In this document: positions 40,626-49,874 of the stretch, in pieces
Layout: every line of letters begins with the position of its first letter
How positions within the stretch are numbered: position 1 is the stretch's first letter
Assembly (NCBI GenBank): GCA_021802825.1
Contig: JAJZRG010000003.1
Coordinates: forward strand, 22,643-86,642
Source of the DNA: Chloroflexota bacterium
GTDB lineage: Bacteria; Chloroflexota; Limnocylindria; Limnocylindrales; CSP1-4
DNA length: 64,000 nucleotides
Reading direction: 5' to 3'
Notes under the pieces: generated by a model
What the model was told of the DNA's origin: nothing
The model's database searches: none
What the model saw: only the letters and a program-made list of their open reading frames with translations
Translations under genes and position numbers: made by a program

Positions 40626-41819
40626 TCAGCCCGGAGGCTGCACGGTGATCGGCACGCCACGGTCGATGGCGATCAGGCGGAAGCGGATCTCGGCGGTGAT
40701 GCCGTCCGCGGCCAGCCCGAGCGCGGGGCCGTTCGCGAAACCATTCGCCTGGCCGAGCTCGCCGTCGGCGAAGATCCAGAAGTCGAGCTCACCCCGCCAG
40801 CGCGTGAGGTCGATGTCGCCCACGAGCAGCGACACCTCAGGCACGGCGGCGCGCAGGATCGTCCCGTCGAGCGCGACCCGGCAATGGCGCGCTCGGGCGC
40901 CCTCGATGTAGGAGAGGCCAACATCCTCGACCACCGTCCGTTGCTTGGGCGAGAGCGCGACCAGCACGAGCTGGCGATCGAGGTCGAACCCCTCGCTCTG
41001 GCCGGCCGGCAGTGGTGTCCAGTCCGTCGTCGGGCTCAGGCTCCAGGCGTGCGTGCCCACGCGGATGAAGCCGTTGCGCCCGAACGTGTGCTGGCCGGCA
41101 ACGTAACCGTCCCAGCTCACGTCCGCGCCCGACCGGACTCCGCTGAGCGTTGCCTGGCCCGTCATCGACCCGTCAATCGAGCTGTCCATATGAAGCGTGA
41201 CCAGGGCGCTCGTGCCGTAGAGGAGCGGGCCATCGCAGGATGACGGCTCCGCCGTGGGGTCGGTGGGACCGAAGCGCGACGAGTACGCCGGCCGGTTGGC
41301 CAGCGAGAGCTCGTTGACGACGGCCGTGACCGCGAAGGCGGAGCCGGCCGAGAGCGTCGCAGCCAGGCCGAAGGCGACGCCCGCCATCAGCCTCCGTCGC
41401 CGCGGCGACCTGTCGCCCAGGCGGCGGCGCGCCACGCCCAGCCCGGCGAAGACCCCGGTCGCGAACAGCGCCAGCGCCCACGGGTACGCCGCCTCGGCCG
41501 AGGGCAGCAGTGTCTGGGGACCGCGGCCCTGGAGCTGCGACACCAGCCCTGCGATCGACGGGATGAGGAGCAGGATCGGCACCAGCGCGAGCCAGGCAAT
41601 CAGCGCGAACGCGCGTGAACTGCGCGCCACCGGCGGCCAGCGGACCGCCGCCAGAGCTACCACGATCGGGCCCCCGGCCGTGACGCCAACGAGGATGTCA
41701 ACGGGGCCGCCTGGCCGATAGCCCGCCAGGATCAGGACGAACGTGACCAGCCAGAGGGCGGCGAGCGCCGCTCCGAGGACCCGCAGCTCGATGATCCTGA
41801 CTCTCACGCGCCCGAGCAT
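40626..41819 (-). CDS. Integral membrane protein with C-terminal extracytoplasmic beta-rich domain, unknown function
   Basis: About five TM helices in the first 190 aa, then a soluble domain. Start chosen at the internal Met (MLGRVRVR). Confidence 0.45.
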   Translation of the reverse strand: MLGRVRVRIIELRVLGAALAALWLVTFVLILAGYRPGGPVDILVGVTAGGPIVVALAAVRWPPVARSSRAFALIAWLALVPILLLIPSIAGLVSQLQGRGPQTLLPSAEAAYPWALALFATGVFAGLGVARRRLGDRSPRRRRLMAGVAFGLAATLSAGSAFAVTAVVNELSLANRPAYSSRFGPTDPTAEPSSCDGPLLYGTSALVTLHMDSSIDGSMTGQATLSGVRSGADVSWDGYVAGQHTFGRNGFIRVGTHAWSLSPTTDWTPLPAGQSEGFDLDRQLVLVALSPKQRTVVEDVGLSYIEGARARHCRVALDGTILRAAVPEVSLLVGDIDLTRWRGELDFWIFADGELGQANGFANGPALGLAADGITAEIRFRLIAIDRGVPITVQPPG

Positions 41820-42070
41820 AGCGAGACGGCCAGGATTGGGATCGCATCGCCGCCGAAACCGCGTTTCGCGGCCGGTGGTGAACCCGTCCTGGAGCGCCAC
41901 CCGCCCGGAACAAGCGCCCGCAAAGTACGCGCGGGGTGGGACTCACGGGTCATCGCCGGGCCGTGACCGGGCGCGCATAGTTGCGCTACCGCACCGAGAA
42001 ATGCGGGCGATTGACGAAGCAGTTCCAGCGGGGCGCGACGGTCCTCCCTCCTCCCGTCCCGACCCGCGAG

Positions 42071-42116
42071 CGCATCGAAGCGAGGCCGCACCTCCTCCCG
42101 GCCTCGCTTCGATGCG
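42071..42116 (-). terminator. 17-bp perfect-stem hairpin downstream of the amidotransferase gene
   Basis: CGCATCGAAGCGAGGCC-12 nt loop-GGCCTCGCTTCGATGCG, 75 nt past the stop at 42191. No U-tract. Confidence 0.45.
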
Positions 42117-42190
42117 TCGGGGGCTTGCTCGCCATCACCCTCGCGCTCGCCGCGACCCGGCGGAGCGGCCGGCACCCTCGTGCCTCGGCC

Positions 42191-42937
42191 CTAGCTGCGC
42201 GTCCGGCACGCCTCGACGAAGGCGGCGAACAGCCGCTCGAACACGTGCGGCGTTGACTCCGTCCGCTCCGGGTGGCACTGCACCGCCATGCGCCACGGGC
42301 CCGACGTCGTCTCCAGTGCCTCGACCAGCGGACCCGCCGGGCTGTCCGCGAAGGCCGTGGCCGTGAAGCCAGGCGCGAGATCGAGCGTGCGAACCGCCTG
42401 GTGGTGGTAGCTGTTGACAACGAGGTCCGCGGCGGATCCGGACGGGTCGAGGACGCGCGCGGTCGCGCTGCCTGGCACGAGCCGGAGTGGGTGGGTCGCG
42501 GCCGGCCCGTGGCCCCAGCCGTTGGTGACATGCCCGCCCACATCCTGGAGCAGCGTCCCGCCCGCGAATGTGTTCATCGCTTGGAGGCCGCGGCAGATCC
42601 CGAGGACCGGGACAGCGCGCGCCTCGGCCGCAGCCCAGGCGGCTGCCTCGAGCTCGTCGCGGTCGGGCTCGAGGTCCCGCGAGCCCTCGTTCGGGCGCCC
42701 GTAGCGCGCGGGGTCGATGTCCGCGCCGCCGGTGAGCAGCAGCCCGTCCATCGTCCTGAACGCCGCCTCGCGGGCAGCGCCCGACGCGGTGGCGTCAAGC
42801 GGGATCGCGATCGCGCCGTGCCGGACCACCGAATCGACGTACAGCGCGTTCTTGCGTTCGGCAATCTCTGGCTCCGTCTGGGCGGCGGCGACCATCAGCG
42901 TGACGACGATCCGGGGCGAGGGGCTCAACGGCGACAT
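42191..42937 (-). CDS. Class I glutamine amidotransferase-like / gamma-glutamyl hydrolase (peptidase C26, PuuD-like)
   Basis: GLLLTGGADIDPARYG, nucleophile elbow GICRGLQAMN and a C-terminal HH/HPE pattern (SYHHQAV...QCHPE). ATG at 42937. Confidence 0.8.
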   Translation of the reverse strand: MSPLSPSPRIVVTLMVAAAQTEPEIAERKNALYVDSVVRHGAIAIPLDATASGAAREAAFRTMDGLLLTGGADIDPARYGRPNEGSRDLEPDRDELEAAAWAAAEARAVPVLGICRGLQAMNTFAGGTLLQDVGGHVTNGWGHGPAATHPLRLVPGSATARVLDPSGSAADLVVNSYHHQAVRTLDLAPGFTATAFADSPAGPLVEALETTSGPWRMAVQCHPERTESTPHVFERLFAAFVEACRTRS

Positions 42938-43023
42938 GGCGAGCAAGGATAGCCCCCCGCGAGCGGCGGGCGAAACGGTGCGAAGCGGGGGCCGAACGAA
43001 GCGGGGAGGCGCGCCTCGGCGGA

Positions 43024-43539
43024 TCAGCCTGGAACGGCACCAGACGCGCCACTCGACGGTCCCGCAGACGGCGGCTCTGTCGGCGGCCCGAGGTACTCGG
43101 ATGGCGCGGGCGTCACCTCGAGCCCCGAATCGGTGGGGCCGGGCGGTTCCGAGTAGAGCCCGCCGGGCAGCACCTTGAGCACCCATCCCAGCTGGAGTTT
43201 GTTGGGCGCGTAGTGGGGCGAGGCGGGGTCCAGGCTCGGATACGTGTCGCGGTTCCAGAACGCCAGGCTCCGCGGCGTCGTGCGGTAGCGGCGGGCGATC
43301 GTCGTGAGGTTGTCGCCCGGCCGAACGGTGTAGGTCGTGAAGGTCGGCACGGGCGTCGGCGTCGGTTGCCCCGGCGTGGGCGTCGGTGTGGGAGGAGGCG
43401 GCGATGTCGGGACGGGGGTGGGCGGCGGCTCGGACGTGGGGAGCGTCGCCATCTCGAGGCAGCCGCCCAGCGACGCTGCCAGCGCGACCAGCACGAGCGT
43501 CGCAGCCAGGCTTCGGCGGGTCATGCATCGGATCGTCAT
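43024..43539 (-). CDS. LysM-domain lipoprotein
   Basis: Lipobox LGGC. Pro/Thr linker. LysM core YTVRPGDNLTTIARRYRTTPRSLAFWN. Confidence 0.75.
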   Translation of the reverse strand: MTIRCMTRRSLAATLVLVALAASLGGCLEMATLPTSEPPPTPVPTSPPPPTPTPTPGQPTPTPVPTFTTYTVRPGDNLTTIARRYRTTPRSLAFWNRDTYPSLDPASPHYAPNKLQLGWVLKVLPGGLYSEPPGPTDSGLEVTPAPSEYLGPPTEPPSAGPSSGASGAVPG

Positions 43540-43626
43540 CCCTGACCTCCTGCGAGGTGGCCGCAGTGTGACGCAGATGGGCGGAGCACGGTGATGCCGG
43601 AGGGCAGCATGCCTGACGCCCCGGGC

Positions 43627-46509
43627 CTAGCCGATGACCACCGGCTGGTCCACCGGGGTCGGCTCGGAGAGCTTGTAACCGTCGGCCAGCGCCAGGCCCT
43701 CGCGTGCCGTGCAGATCCGGTCGCGGCCCTTGAGCTTCGCCACTCGGCAGGCGCGGTCCGCCGCCAGCAGCACGTCGTCGGCGGTGCTGCCGTCCGTCGG
43801 GAATGCGGACGTGCCGATCGACGCCGAGACCTTGAGCCCGAGCTCGTGCCAGCGCGTGCCAGGCGCGCCCACCGACCCGATCGCGGCCTGGATGCGCCCG
43901 GCGGCCTGCGCCAGACCCTCGCTGTCGCTGTGCGACAGCAGCACGGCGAACTCGTCGCCGCCGTAGCGGAACACTGCGTCAGTCTCGCGCGCCGCGCTGC
44001 CGATGGCCGAGGCGATCTCGCGCAGGACCCGGTCGCCGTCCTGGTGCAGCTCCTCGGTCTCGTTGAACAGGCGAAAGTGGTCAAGGTCGATCATCACGAG
44101 GCCGAACGGCTCGCCGGACGCGACACTGCGGTCCAGCTGCTGCTTGAACACGAGGTGGTTGAACAGGCCGGTCATGCCGTCGGTGGCGGCGCGGACCTCG
44201 ACCGCCTGGAACACCTCGGCATTGCGGAGCGCGATCGACACCTGGCCGGCGAACAGCTTGACGAGGTCGAATTCCTCGGTCGTGAACGGCTCGCGGCCCA
44301 AGCGCTCGAGCGTCAGCACCCCGGCGGCGGACTTGGGGCCCAACAGCGGGACGACGATCAGGCTGCCCTCGACCGGCCCGTTCCGGACGTGGTTGACCCG
44401 CGGGTCGGCCATCTCGTCCTCGATCAGGACGGGCTCGTTGTGCTCCACGACCCAGGGCGCGATGCCCTGCTCGCCCGGCAACCAGGGCTGCAGGTGGTCG
44501 TCCTGGATCGTCCCGCGCGCCGTGAGGGGCTTCAGCAGCCCGGTCTGGCGGTCCACCACCTCGATCACCATGTTGTCGCACGCGATCAGGGCACCGAGGC
44601 GGCTGGTGATCTGGTCGAGGACCGCGCCCGAGTCAAGGGTGGTCAGCATGGCCTCGGTCGTGCCGAGCAGCTCACGCTGGGCGCGCAGCTGGCGCTCGAG
44701 CCTGTCGGCCTGCTCGCGGAGGCGCTCCGTGGCGTCCGCGTTGGCCATCGCCTGGGCGGCGAACGACGCGTAGATGACGAGCAGTCGGAGGTCGTCCTCC
44801 GTGAAGTGGCGCAGGGCACCATAAGCCAGCACGACGACGCCGAGGCAGGCGCCCTCGTGGACCATGGGCGCGAGCAGCATCGACTCGTCGGCGTCGGGCC
44901 TAGTCCCCGGGATGGTGATCGCCCGCGGGTCGTTCGCACTGTCGTCCACGAGCTGCGGCACGCGAAACCGCCCGACCCAGCCCGTGATGCCCTCGCCCAT
45001 CTGGACCCGGAGGTCGTCAATCTTCTCGCCGGTGTAGTCGGCCGACAGCCCGAGCCACGCCACCGGGACCAGCTCCTCGCCGCGGACCCGGTAGACGCGC
45101 ACGTTGTCGTACTCGATCAACTGGCGCAGTTCGGTCGCGATGGCATGGCCGATCTCCTGCTGCGTGGTCAGCCCGGACAGGCGGGCGCCGAGGCGCTGGA
45201 TGGCCTGGAGCTGGGCGGCCCACGCGGCCATGCGCCCGAACGTCCGCGCCGACCGGATGGCGATCGCCGCGTCGCCGGCGAGCGCCTCCGCGGCGTCGAG
45301 GTCCGCGTCGCGCCAGCGGAACGGCCGGTCGTGGGCGAGGAACAGGGTTCCGTGGAGCTCGTGGCCATCGATCAGGGGCGCAACCAGCAGGGTGTCCACG
45401 CCTTCCTGGATGCCCGCGGCCCGCAGCGGGTTGATTGCCCGGGGGGCGTCGGGCCCGAGGATCTGGATCGGCCGGCGAGGCGGGACGTCGCGCTGGCCGA
45501 CACGTGCCGCCTCCAGCTCGCGCCCCAGGTCCAGGAACGCCGCCGAGAAGCCGATGCTGCTGGGGATCGAGATGCGGCCGGCGTCGTCGTGAAGAATCAC
45601 CGCCACGCGGTCGGCGCCGAACAGGACCCGCGCGTGGTCGCACAGGTCGCGGACCACGTCGCCGACGTCGAGTCGCGACGCGAGATCGGTGGCCACGCGG
45701 CGGAGCGCCTCCGAGCGGCGCAGCCGGCTCGCCGCCTGCTCGCTGGCGGCGGAGGCGCGGATGATCACGCCCAAGGTGCGCGCGATCGCGGTGGCGAGGC
45801 GCCGCCCGTCGTCAGGCCCCAGCTCGACTGCACCGGCCAGGATCAGCACTCCCCAGGGGGCCTCTCCGCCCGGGATGCGCACCACGAGCTCGTCGGTGCC
45901 CAGGCCCAGCACCGGGGCCGGGCCTGGCATGCCGGGCCGCGCGTGGATCGGCTCAGCCGAGTCGAGCGCTAGCGAGATCACGTTGCGGCCCCGGGGCACG
46001 CTGCGGACCATGGGACCCGGATGGCTCTCGGTCACCGTGGCGCGGGGGACCAAACCGCCCGGCCGGTGCTCCCAGATGCCAACCAGCGCCGCGCCCGTGG
46101 CAGAGCGTACCCGCTTGCACGCCTCGTCAAGGGCAGGGTCGACACCGCTGGGGAATGAGGCCACCTCGGCGAGGTCAGCGAGGAGCTCGACGCCGGCGCT
46201 GCCCGCGGTGAGCGTGGACGTCGCCGCGAGGTGGCGCGGCGCGTGCCCGCCCGGGCCGCTGTCCCCGTTGCCCGGGGTTGCATCCGATGCCGCCGCGGCG
46301 AGGAATCGCTGGAGGTCGCTCAGGCGATAGCGGCGGTCGCCGCGGTCGTTGATCCGGTAGTAGCGCAGGCGTCCGGCATCGCTCCATGCGCGGATCGTGT
46401 TCGGATGCACGCCCAGGACGCGGGCTGCCTTGGTGACGGTCAGGGTGGCGTCGCCGGGCCGCGCGACCCTAGGAGCTGCTTCGGAGGGAGTGTGGGATTT
46501 GGGAAGCAT
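43627..46509 (-). CDS. Multidomain signalling protein: excisionase/MerR-type HTH + several GAF domains + GGDEF
   Basis: N-terminal LTVTKAARVLGVHPNTIRAWSDAGRLRYYRINDRGDRRYRLSDL. About 700 aa of repeated GAF-like units. C-terminal GLFNH...FRYGGDEFAVLL. Confidence 0.85.
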   Translation of the reverse strand: MLPKSHTPSEAAPRVARPGDATLTVTKAARVLGVHPNTIRAWSDAGRLRYYRINDRGDRRYRLSDLQRFLAAAASDATPGNGDSGPGGHAPRHLAATSTLTAGSAGVELLADLAEVASFPSGVDPALDEACKRVRSATGAALVGIWEHRPGGLVPRATVTESHPGPMVRSVPRGRNVISLALDSAEPIHARPGMPGPAPVLGLGTDELVVRIPGGEAPWGVLILAGAVELGPDDGRRLATAIARTLGVIIRASAASEQAASRLRRSEALRRVATDLASRLDVGDVVRDLCDHARVLFGADRVAVILHDDAGRISIPSSIGFSAAFLDLGRELEAARVGQRDVPPRRPIQILGPDAPRAINPLRAAGIQEGVDTLLVAPLIDGHELHGTLFLAHDRPFRWRDADLDAAEALAGDAAIAIRSARTFGRMAAWAAQLQAIQRLGARLSGLTTQQEIGHAIATELRQLIEYDNVRVYRVRGEELVPVAWLGLSADYTGEKIDDLRVQMGEGITGWVGRFRVPQLVDDSANDPRAITIPGTRPDADESMLLAPMVHEGACLGVVVLAYGALRHFTEDDLRLLVIYASFAAQAMANADATERLREQADRLERQLRAQRELLGTTEAMLTTLDSGAVLDQITSRLGALIACDNMVIEVVDRQTGLLKPLTARGTIQDDHLQPWLPGEQGIAPWVVEHNEPVLIEDEMADPRVNHVRNGPVEGSLIVVPLLGPKSAAGVLTLERLGREPFTTEEFDLVKLFAGQVSIALRNAEVFQAVEVRAATDGMTGLFNHLVFKQQLDRSVASGEPFGLVMIDLDHFRLFNETEELHQDGDRVLREIASAIGSAARETDAVFRYGGDEFAVLLSHSDSEGLAQAAGRIQAAIGSVGAPGTRWHELGLKVSASIGTSAFPTDGSTADDVLLAADRACRVAKLKGRDRICTAREGLALADGYKLSEPTPVDQPVVIG

Positions 46510-46641
46510 GGTGTGGCGGACAGCGTCCGCGACTTCACAGGAGTTGCCAATAGGACGTTCCTCCCATTTCGTTGCGGGGTCCTGTCAGCACGGCGAGACC
46601 CCCTAGTCCCGGGCAGGCGGGTCGCGGGGCCTCGCGGAGGG

Positions 46642-47025
46642 TCAGGGGCGGCGGTCGCCGGCCCCACGGCGCCCGCCCGTCGCGCGGATCCAGGCGAGCG
46701 TGATGGCCACGCTGCTGACCACGATGAGCACCACGATCCCGATCGCGAGCGCTGGGTTGCCGACGAAGCCAGCGGCCTGGCCGGCCCGTGGGTCGCCGGT
46801 CACGGCCTGGGAGGGGGCCGGCGACTCGGCCAGCGCCGCCCCCGCAGCCGCAAGCCAGGCAGCCGTCGCCGCAGCAGCGCCCAGCACGCTCGAGAGCGCG
46901 TCGCCAGTGCGGGCCAGGCAGGCGAGTGTGCGCCGCGCCCGAGTCGTGAGCGCGCCCGACGCGCGCCGCGCCTTGCGAGCGAGCCCGTGCGGTCCGGCGC
47001 CGGTGCTGGCAGCGAGGCGGCGCAT
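46642..47025 (-). CDS. Small C-terminally anchored membrane protein, hypothetical
   Basis: High GC3. C-terminal TM ALAIGIVVLIVVSSVAITLAWI. Lies 17 nt downstream of 47042..47779. Confidence 0.3.
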   Translation of the reverse strand: MRRLAASTGAGPHGLARKARRASGALTTRARRTLACLARTGDALSSVLGAAAATAAWLAAAGAALAESPAPSQAVTGDPRAGQAAGFVGNPALAIGIVVLIVVSSVAITLAWIRATGGRRGAGDRRP

Positions 47026-47041
47026 CTCAGGCCACCGTCAC

Positions 47042-47779
47042 TCAGGCCACCGTCACGATGACGGTCCAGGCCAGGCCAACGGCCGCCGCCAGGAGTCCGC
47101 CCGCCATCAGCAGGGCACCCACCCGCGTCGAGCTCCGGTGCTCGGCCGCCAGGATGCGCATGGCCTCGGCGGGCTCGAGGGTCGTGAGGATCAGCGGGCG
47201 GCCCAGGCCGGCGCGCAGGATGGGGTCGCCATCGGGGCCTATCCGCGGCACGCCCAGCGCCAGCGCGTGGTCGACCGTGGTCAGCAGCTCCGTGCGCAGG
47301 CGCGCCGGGGTCGCGGGGGGCGTGCCCTCCGGGACGCGGTCGGCGATCTCGCCCGCGGTCCCCTCGGACTCGCGCGGCACGACGATCAGCCCCTCGTGGA
47401 GCGCCTCGCCGTCAACCGCGATCGAGGCCAGGCTGCCCGCTAGGCCGAACGGCACGATCTCCCGATGGTCGGTCACGGTCACCCAGCGCGACCCCGCACG
47501 CAGCTCGAGGCGCGAGCGGCGGAGGACGAGCGGGCGATCGTGCTCGTCGAGGAACTCCTGGTCGCTGTCGAGGCGCCCGCCGACGCCGATGTAGCACGGC
47601 GACGCTGCGCCCGCCAGCCGGACGGCCTCGTCCACGGGCACGACGCGCGTCGTGGCGAGGATGCGGCCGACGCGCGCGCGGTCGCCCAGCCGCCGGACGA
47701 GGAGCCAGCCGGTGGCGAACACGACGAGACCGACCGCGAGCAGGAGGAGGGACGTCACCCGCCGATCATAGCCCGGCAC
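47042..47779 (-). CDS. Two-TM membrane protein, GIDE-domain-like topology
   Basis: N-terminal TM (LLLLAVGLVVFATGWLLV) and C-terminal TM (ALLMAGGLLAAAVGLAWTVIV) flank a soluble domain. The family assignment is by resemblance only. Confidence 0.45.
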   Translation of the reverse strand: MPGYDRRVTSLLLLAVGLVVFATGWLLVRRLGDRARVGRILATTRVVPVDEAVRLAGAASPCYIGVGGRLDSDQEFLDEHDRPLVLRRSRLELRAGSRWVTVTDHREIVPFGLAGSLASIAVDGEALHEGLIVVPRESEGTAGEIADRVPEGTPPATPARLRTELLTTVDHALALGVPRIGPDGDPILRAGLGRPLILTTLEPAEAMRILAAEHRSSTRVGALLMAGGLLAAAVGLAWTVIVTVA

Positions 47780-47976
47780 GCACCGCCAGCCGGTGGCGAA
47801 GGTCGGCGGGGAATCAGTAGCCCGAAGGAACCTACTCGACGCGTGGGCGTTGATGTCATCGCCACCGCTAGCATCGCTCGGCCCCTCCGGGCTGTCATCA
47901 ACCCTACGTGCGGCGGGCGCCGGCCGTCAATGCGGTTTTCCACCCAGTCGCAGACAGGACCCTCGTGGGCGCACGG

Positions 47977-47996
47977 TTGTCCACAGGTTGTCCACA
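47977..47996 (+). promoter_or_regulatory. Two tandem consensus DnaA boxes (TTGTCCACA x2, 11-bp period)
   Basis: TTGTCCACA at 47977..47985 and 47988..47996. A 7/9 match (TTTTCCACC) at 47936..47944. They lie in the intergenic region upstream of the 47779 gene. Confidence 0.5.
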
Positions 47997-48044
47997 TCCC
48001 TGCGCAATGGTCTCGCTCAGCCGGGCAGAGCCGCCTATCAGGGC

Positions 48045-48617
48045 TCAGGCCACGCCCCGCCCCGTGCCGGGGTCCAGGGCGCGCACCTGGCCCGTGAAGC
48101 TGCTCAGGACCAGCTGCCCGCCGACAAGCTCCGCGGCTGCGACCACGTCGCTGTGCGCGACGCGCCAGGCCACCTCGCCCGAGGGCTCCAGCGCGAACGT
48201 CTCGATCTCGGCCTGGAGGATCACGTGCGGCAGGCGCGGCGAGCCGAGCAGGTCCACGACCGGCGACCCCGAGCGATGGCTCCAGCGCAGCTCGCCCGTG
48301 CGCGCGCCCAGGCCGTAGCAGTGGAACCCGTACGCCACGACCAGCAATCCCTCCGTGTCCCAGAGCAGCCCCCTCGGCTCGTCGCTGATCGTCGAGGCGA
48401 GGCGCACGGTCCACGGCCCGGCCGGCGTCTCGACCCGCAGCTCGGCCCGGCAGCGGTGATCTGGGTCGGGGACGACGAGCTCGCCCAGGTCGGTGAGCGG
48501 GCCTCCAGCCTCGGTCAGGGCGAACACCGCGGCGCCCTCCCCGCTGCCGGCCCAACGGAACGACGCGCGGAGGCCGCCCGGGAAGGCGACGACGCGGTGG
48601 CGGACCTCGGCGGGCAC
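48045..48617 (-). CDS. Hypothetical protein (possible partial beta-propeller)
   Basis: GTG at 48617, 8 nt after the YbaK-like stop. Repeated G-x-L-x-W strands. No firm motif. Confidence 0.35.
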   Translation of the reverse strand: MPAEVRHRVVAFPGGLRASFRWAGSGEGAAVFALTEAGGPLTDLGELVVPDPDHRCRAELRVETPAGPWTVRLASTISDEPRGLLWDTEGLLVVAYGFHCYGLGARTGELRWSHRSGSPVVDLLGSPRLPHVILQAEIETFALEPSGEVAWRVAHSDVVAAAELVGGQLVLSSFTGQVRALDPGTGRGVA

Positions 48618-48625
48618 CGGGCTGG

Positions 48626-49195
48626 CTAGTGCTCCTGCGAGGGCGGTGCCTCGGGGCTGGTCAGCCCGGCGCGCTCGGCCAGCACGTCGGCCTGGCGCCG
48701 CTCCTCGCAGATCGGCGCGACATGCGCGTTGGCGAGCATCAGGAGCGTCCGCGGAGCGACCGGGAACACGGCCGTCGGGGTGCCGGCCGCAGCCCAGACT
48801 GTCTGGAACCGCCCAAGGTCGGGGTCCATGATCACCCGTAGGCCGCCGACGTGGCCGATGGGCGGGATGCCGCCGATCGTGAAGCCCGTGAGGTCCTTCG
48901 CCTCGATCGCCGTCGCGCGCCGGACGTCGGCCTCGCCGACGACTGCCGCGAGCCGCGCGAGATCGACGCGGTTGGGGCCCGACACGAGGCACAGGATCGG
49001 CCGGTGCCCCTCGCCGGAGGGCGTCACGAAGACGAGCGACTTCACGATCTGCCCGATCTCGGCGCCCACGGCGCGGGCCGCATCCTCCGCGGTGTGCGTT
49101 CCCTCGGGGAACACGCGGATATCGAGCGTGACGCCCTTGCGCTCGGCGGCGTCCACGACGCGCTGGACGGCGGCGGGGAAGGGGGTCTGGGGCAC
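48626..49195 (-). CDS. YbaK/EbsC-type aminoacyl-tRNA editing (deacylase) domain protein
   Basis: KSLVF...ILCLVSGPNRVDLARLA...FTIGGIPPIGH blocks. The GTG at 49195 was chosen because the longer ORF would run into the divergent bcp gene. Confidence 0.7.
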   Translation of the reverse strand: MPQTPFPAAVQRVVDAAERKGVTLDIRVFPEGTHTAEDAARAVGAEIGQIVKSLVFVTPSGEGHRPILCLVSGPNRVDLARLAAVVGEADVRRATAIEAKDLTGFTIGGIPPIGHVGGLRVIMDPDLGRFQTVWAAAGTPTAVFPVAPRTLLMLANAHVAPICEERRQADVLAERAGLTSPEAPPSQEH

Positions 49196-49304
49196 GGCGG
49201 CGAGTCTACACGACCGTCCCTGCCGGGTGCCGGGCCGTTGCAGCAGCGCCGACCCGGGACGTGCCGTGGGCCTCGATGCGGCGCCCGTTCTATGCTCCCT
49301 GACC

Positions 49305-49784
49305 ATGAGCATGCCAACCGTTGGCGACGACGCCCCCGACTTCGCCCTCCCCGACGAGAACGGCGCCGTCCACCGCCTCGCGGACCGCCGCGGCAAGTGG
49401 ACGGTCGTCTACTTCTACCCGGCCGACGACACCCCGGGCTGCACTACCGAGGCCTGCCAGTTCCGCGACCTCCACGACGAGATCGGCGGGCTCGACGCGG
49501 CGATCTGGGGCATCAGCCCGGACGGCTCGGGGAGCCACGCGGCCTTCCGCGCCAAGTTCGGCCTGCCGTTCACGCTCCTCTCCGACGAGGATCACGCCGT
49601 GGCCGAGCGCTATGGCGCGTGGGGCGAGAAGATGAACTACGGCCGCAAGTACATGGGGATCATCCGCTCCAGCTGGCTCGTCGGGCCTGATGGTCGGGTT
49701 GCCGCCGCGTGGCCGAAGGTGAAGGCCGACGGGCATCCCGCGCAGGTCCTGGCCGCCCTGAAGGCCGCGACCGCGCCCGCCTGA
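49305..49784 (+). CDS. bcp: Thioredoxin-dependent peroxiredoxin Bcp
   Basis: GDDAPDFALPDENG...WTVVYFYPADDTPGCTTEACQFRD...FTLLSDEDH. Confidence 0.9.
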   Translation: MSMPTVGDDAPDFALPDENGAVHRLADRRGKWTVVYFYPADDTPGCTTEACQFRDLHDEIGGLDAAIWGISPDGSGSHAAFRAKFGLPFTLLSDEDHAVAERYGAWGEKMNYGRKYMGIIRSSWLVGPDGRVAAAWPKVKADGHPAQVLAALKAATAPA

Positions 49785-49874
49785 GCCGGGCATGGAACGA
49801 GGCCTCGCCCGTGGGGGGAAACGAGCGAAGCCTCGAATCGCACATTACCACAGCATGCAAGATGGGTACGACAA

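Noticed and set aside
47936-47996. Possible chromosomal replication origin (oriC), because of the DnaA boxes.
   Set aside because: There are only two or three boxes. I see no AT-rich unwinding element. No dnaA, dnaN, rpmH or gyrB genes are anywhere in the window. It is kept only as a DnaA-box site of unknown role.
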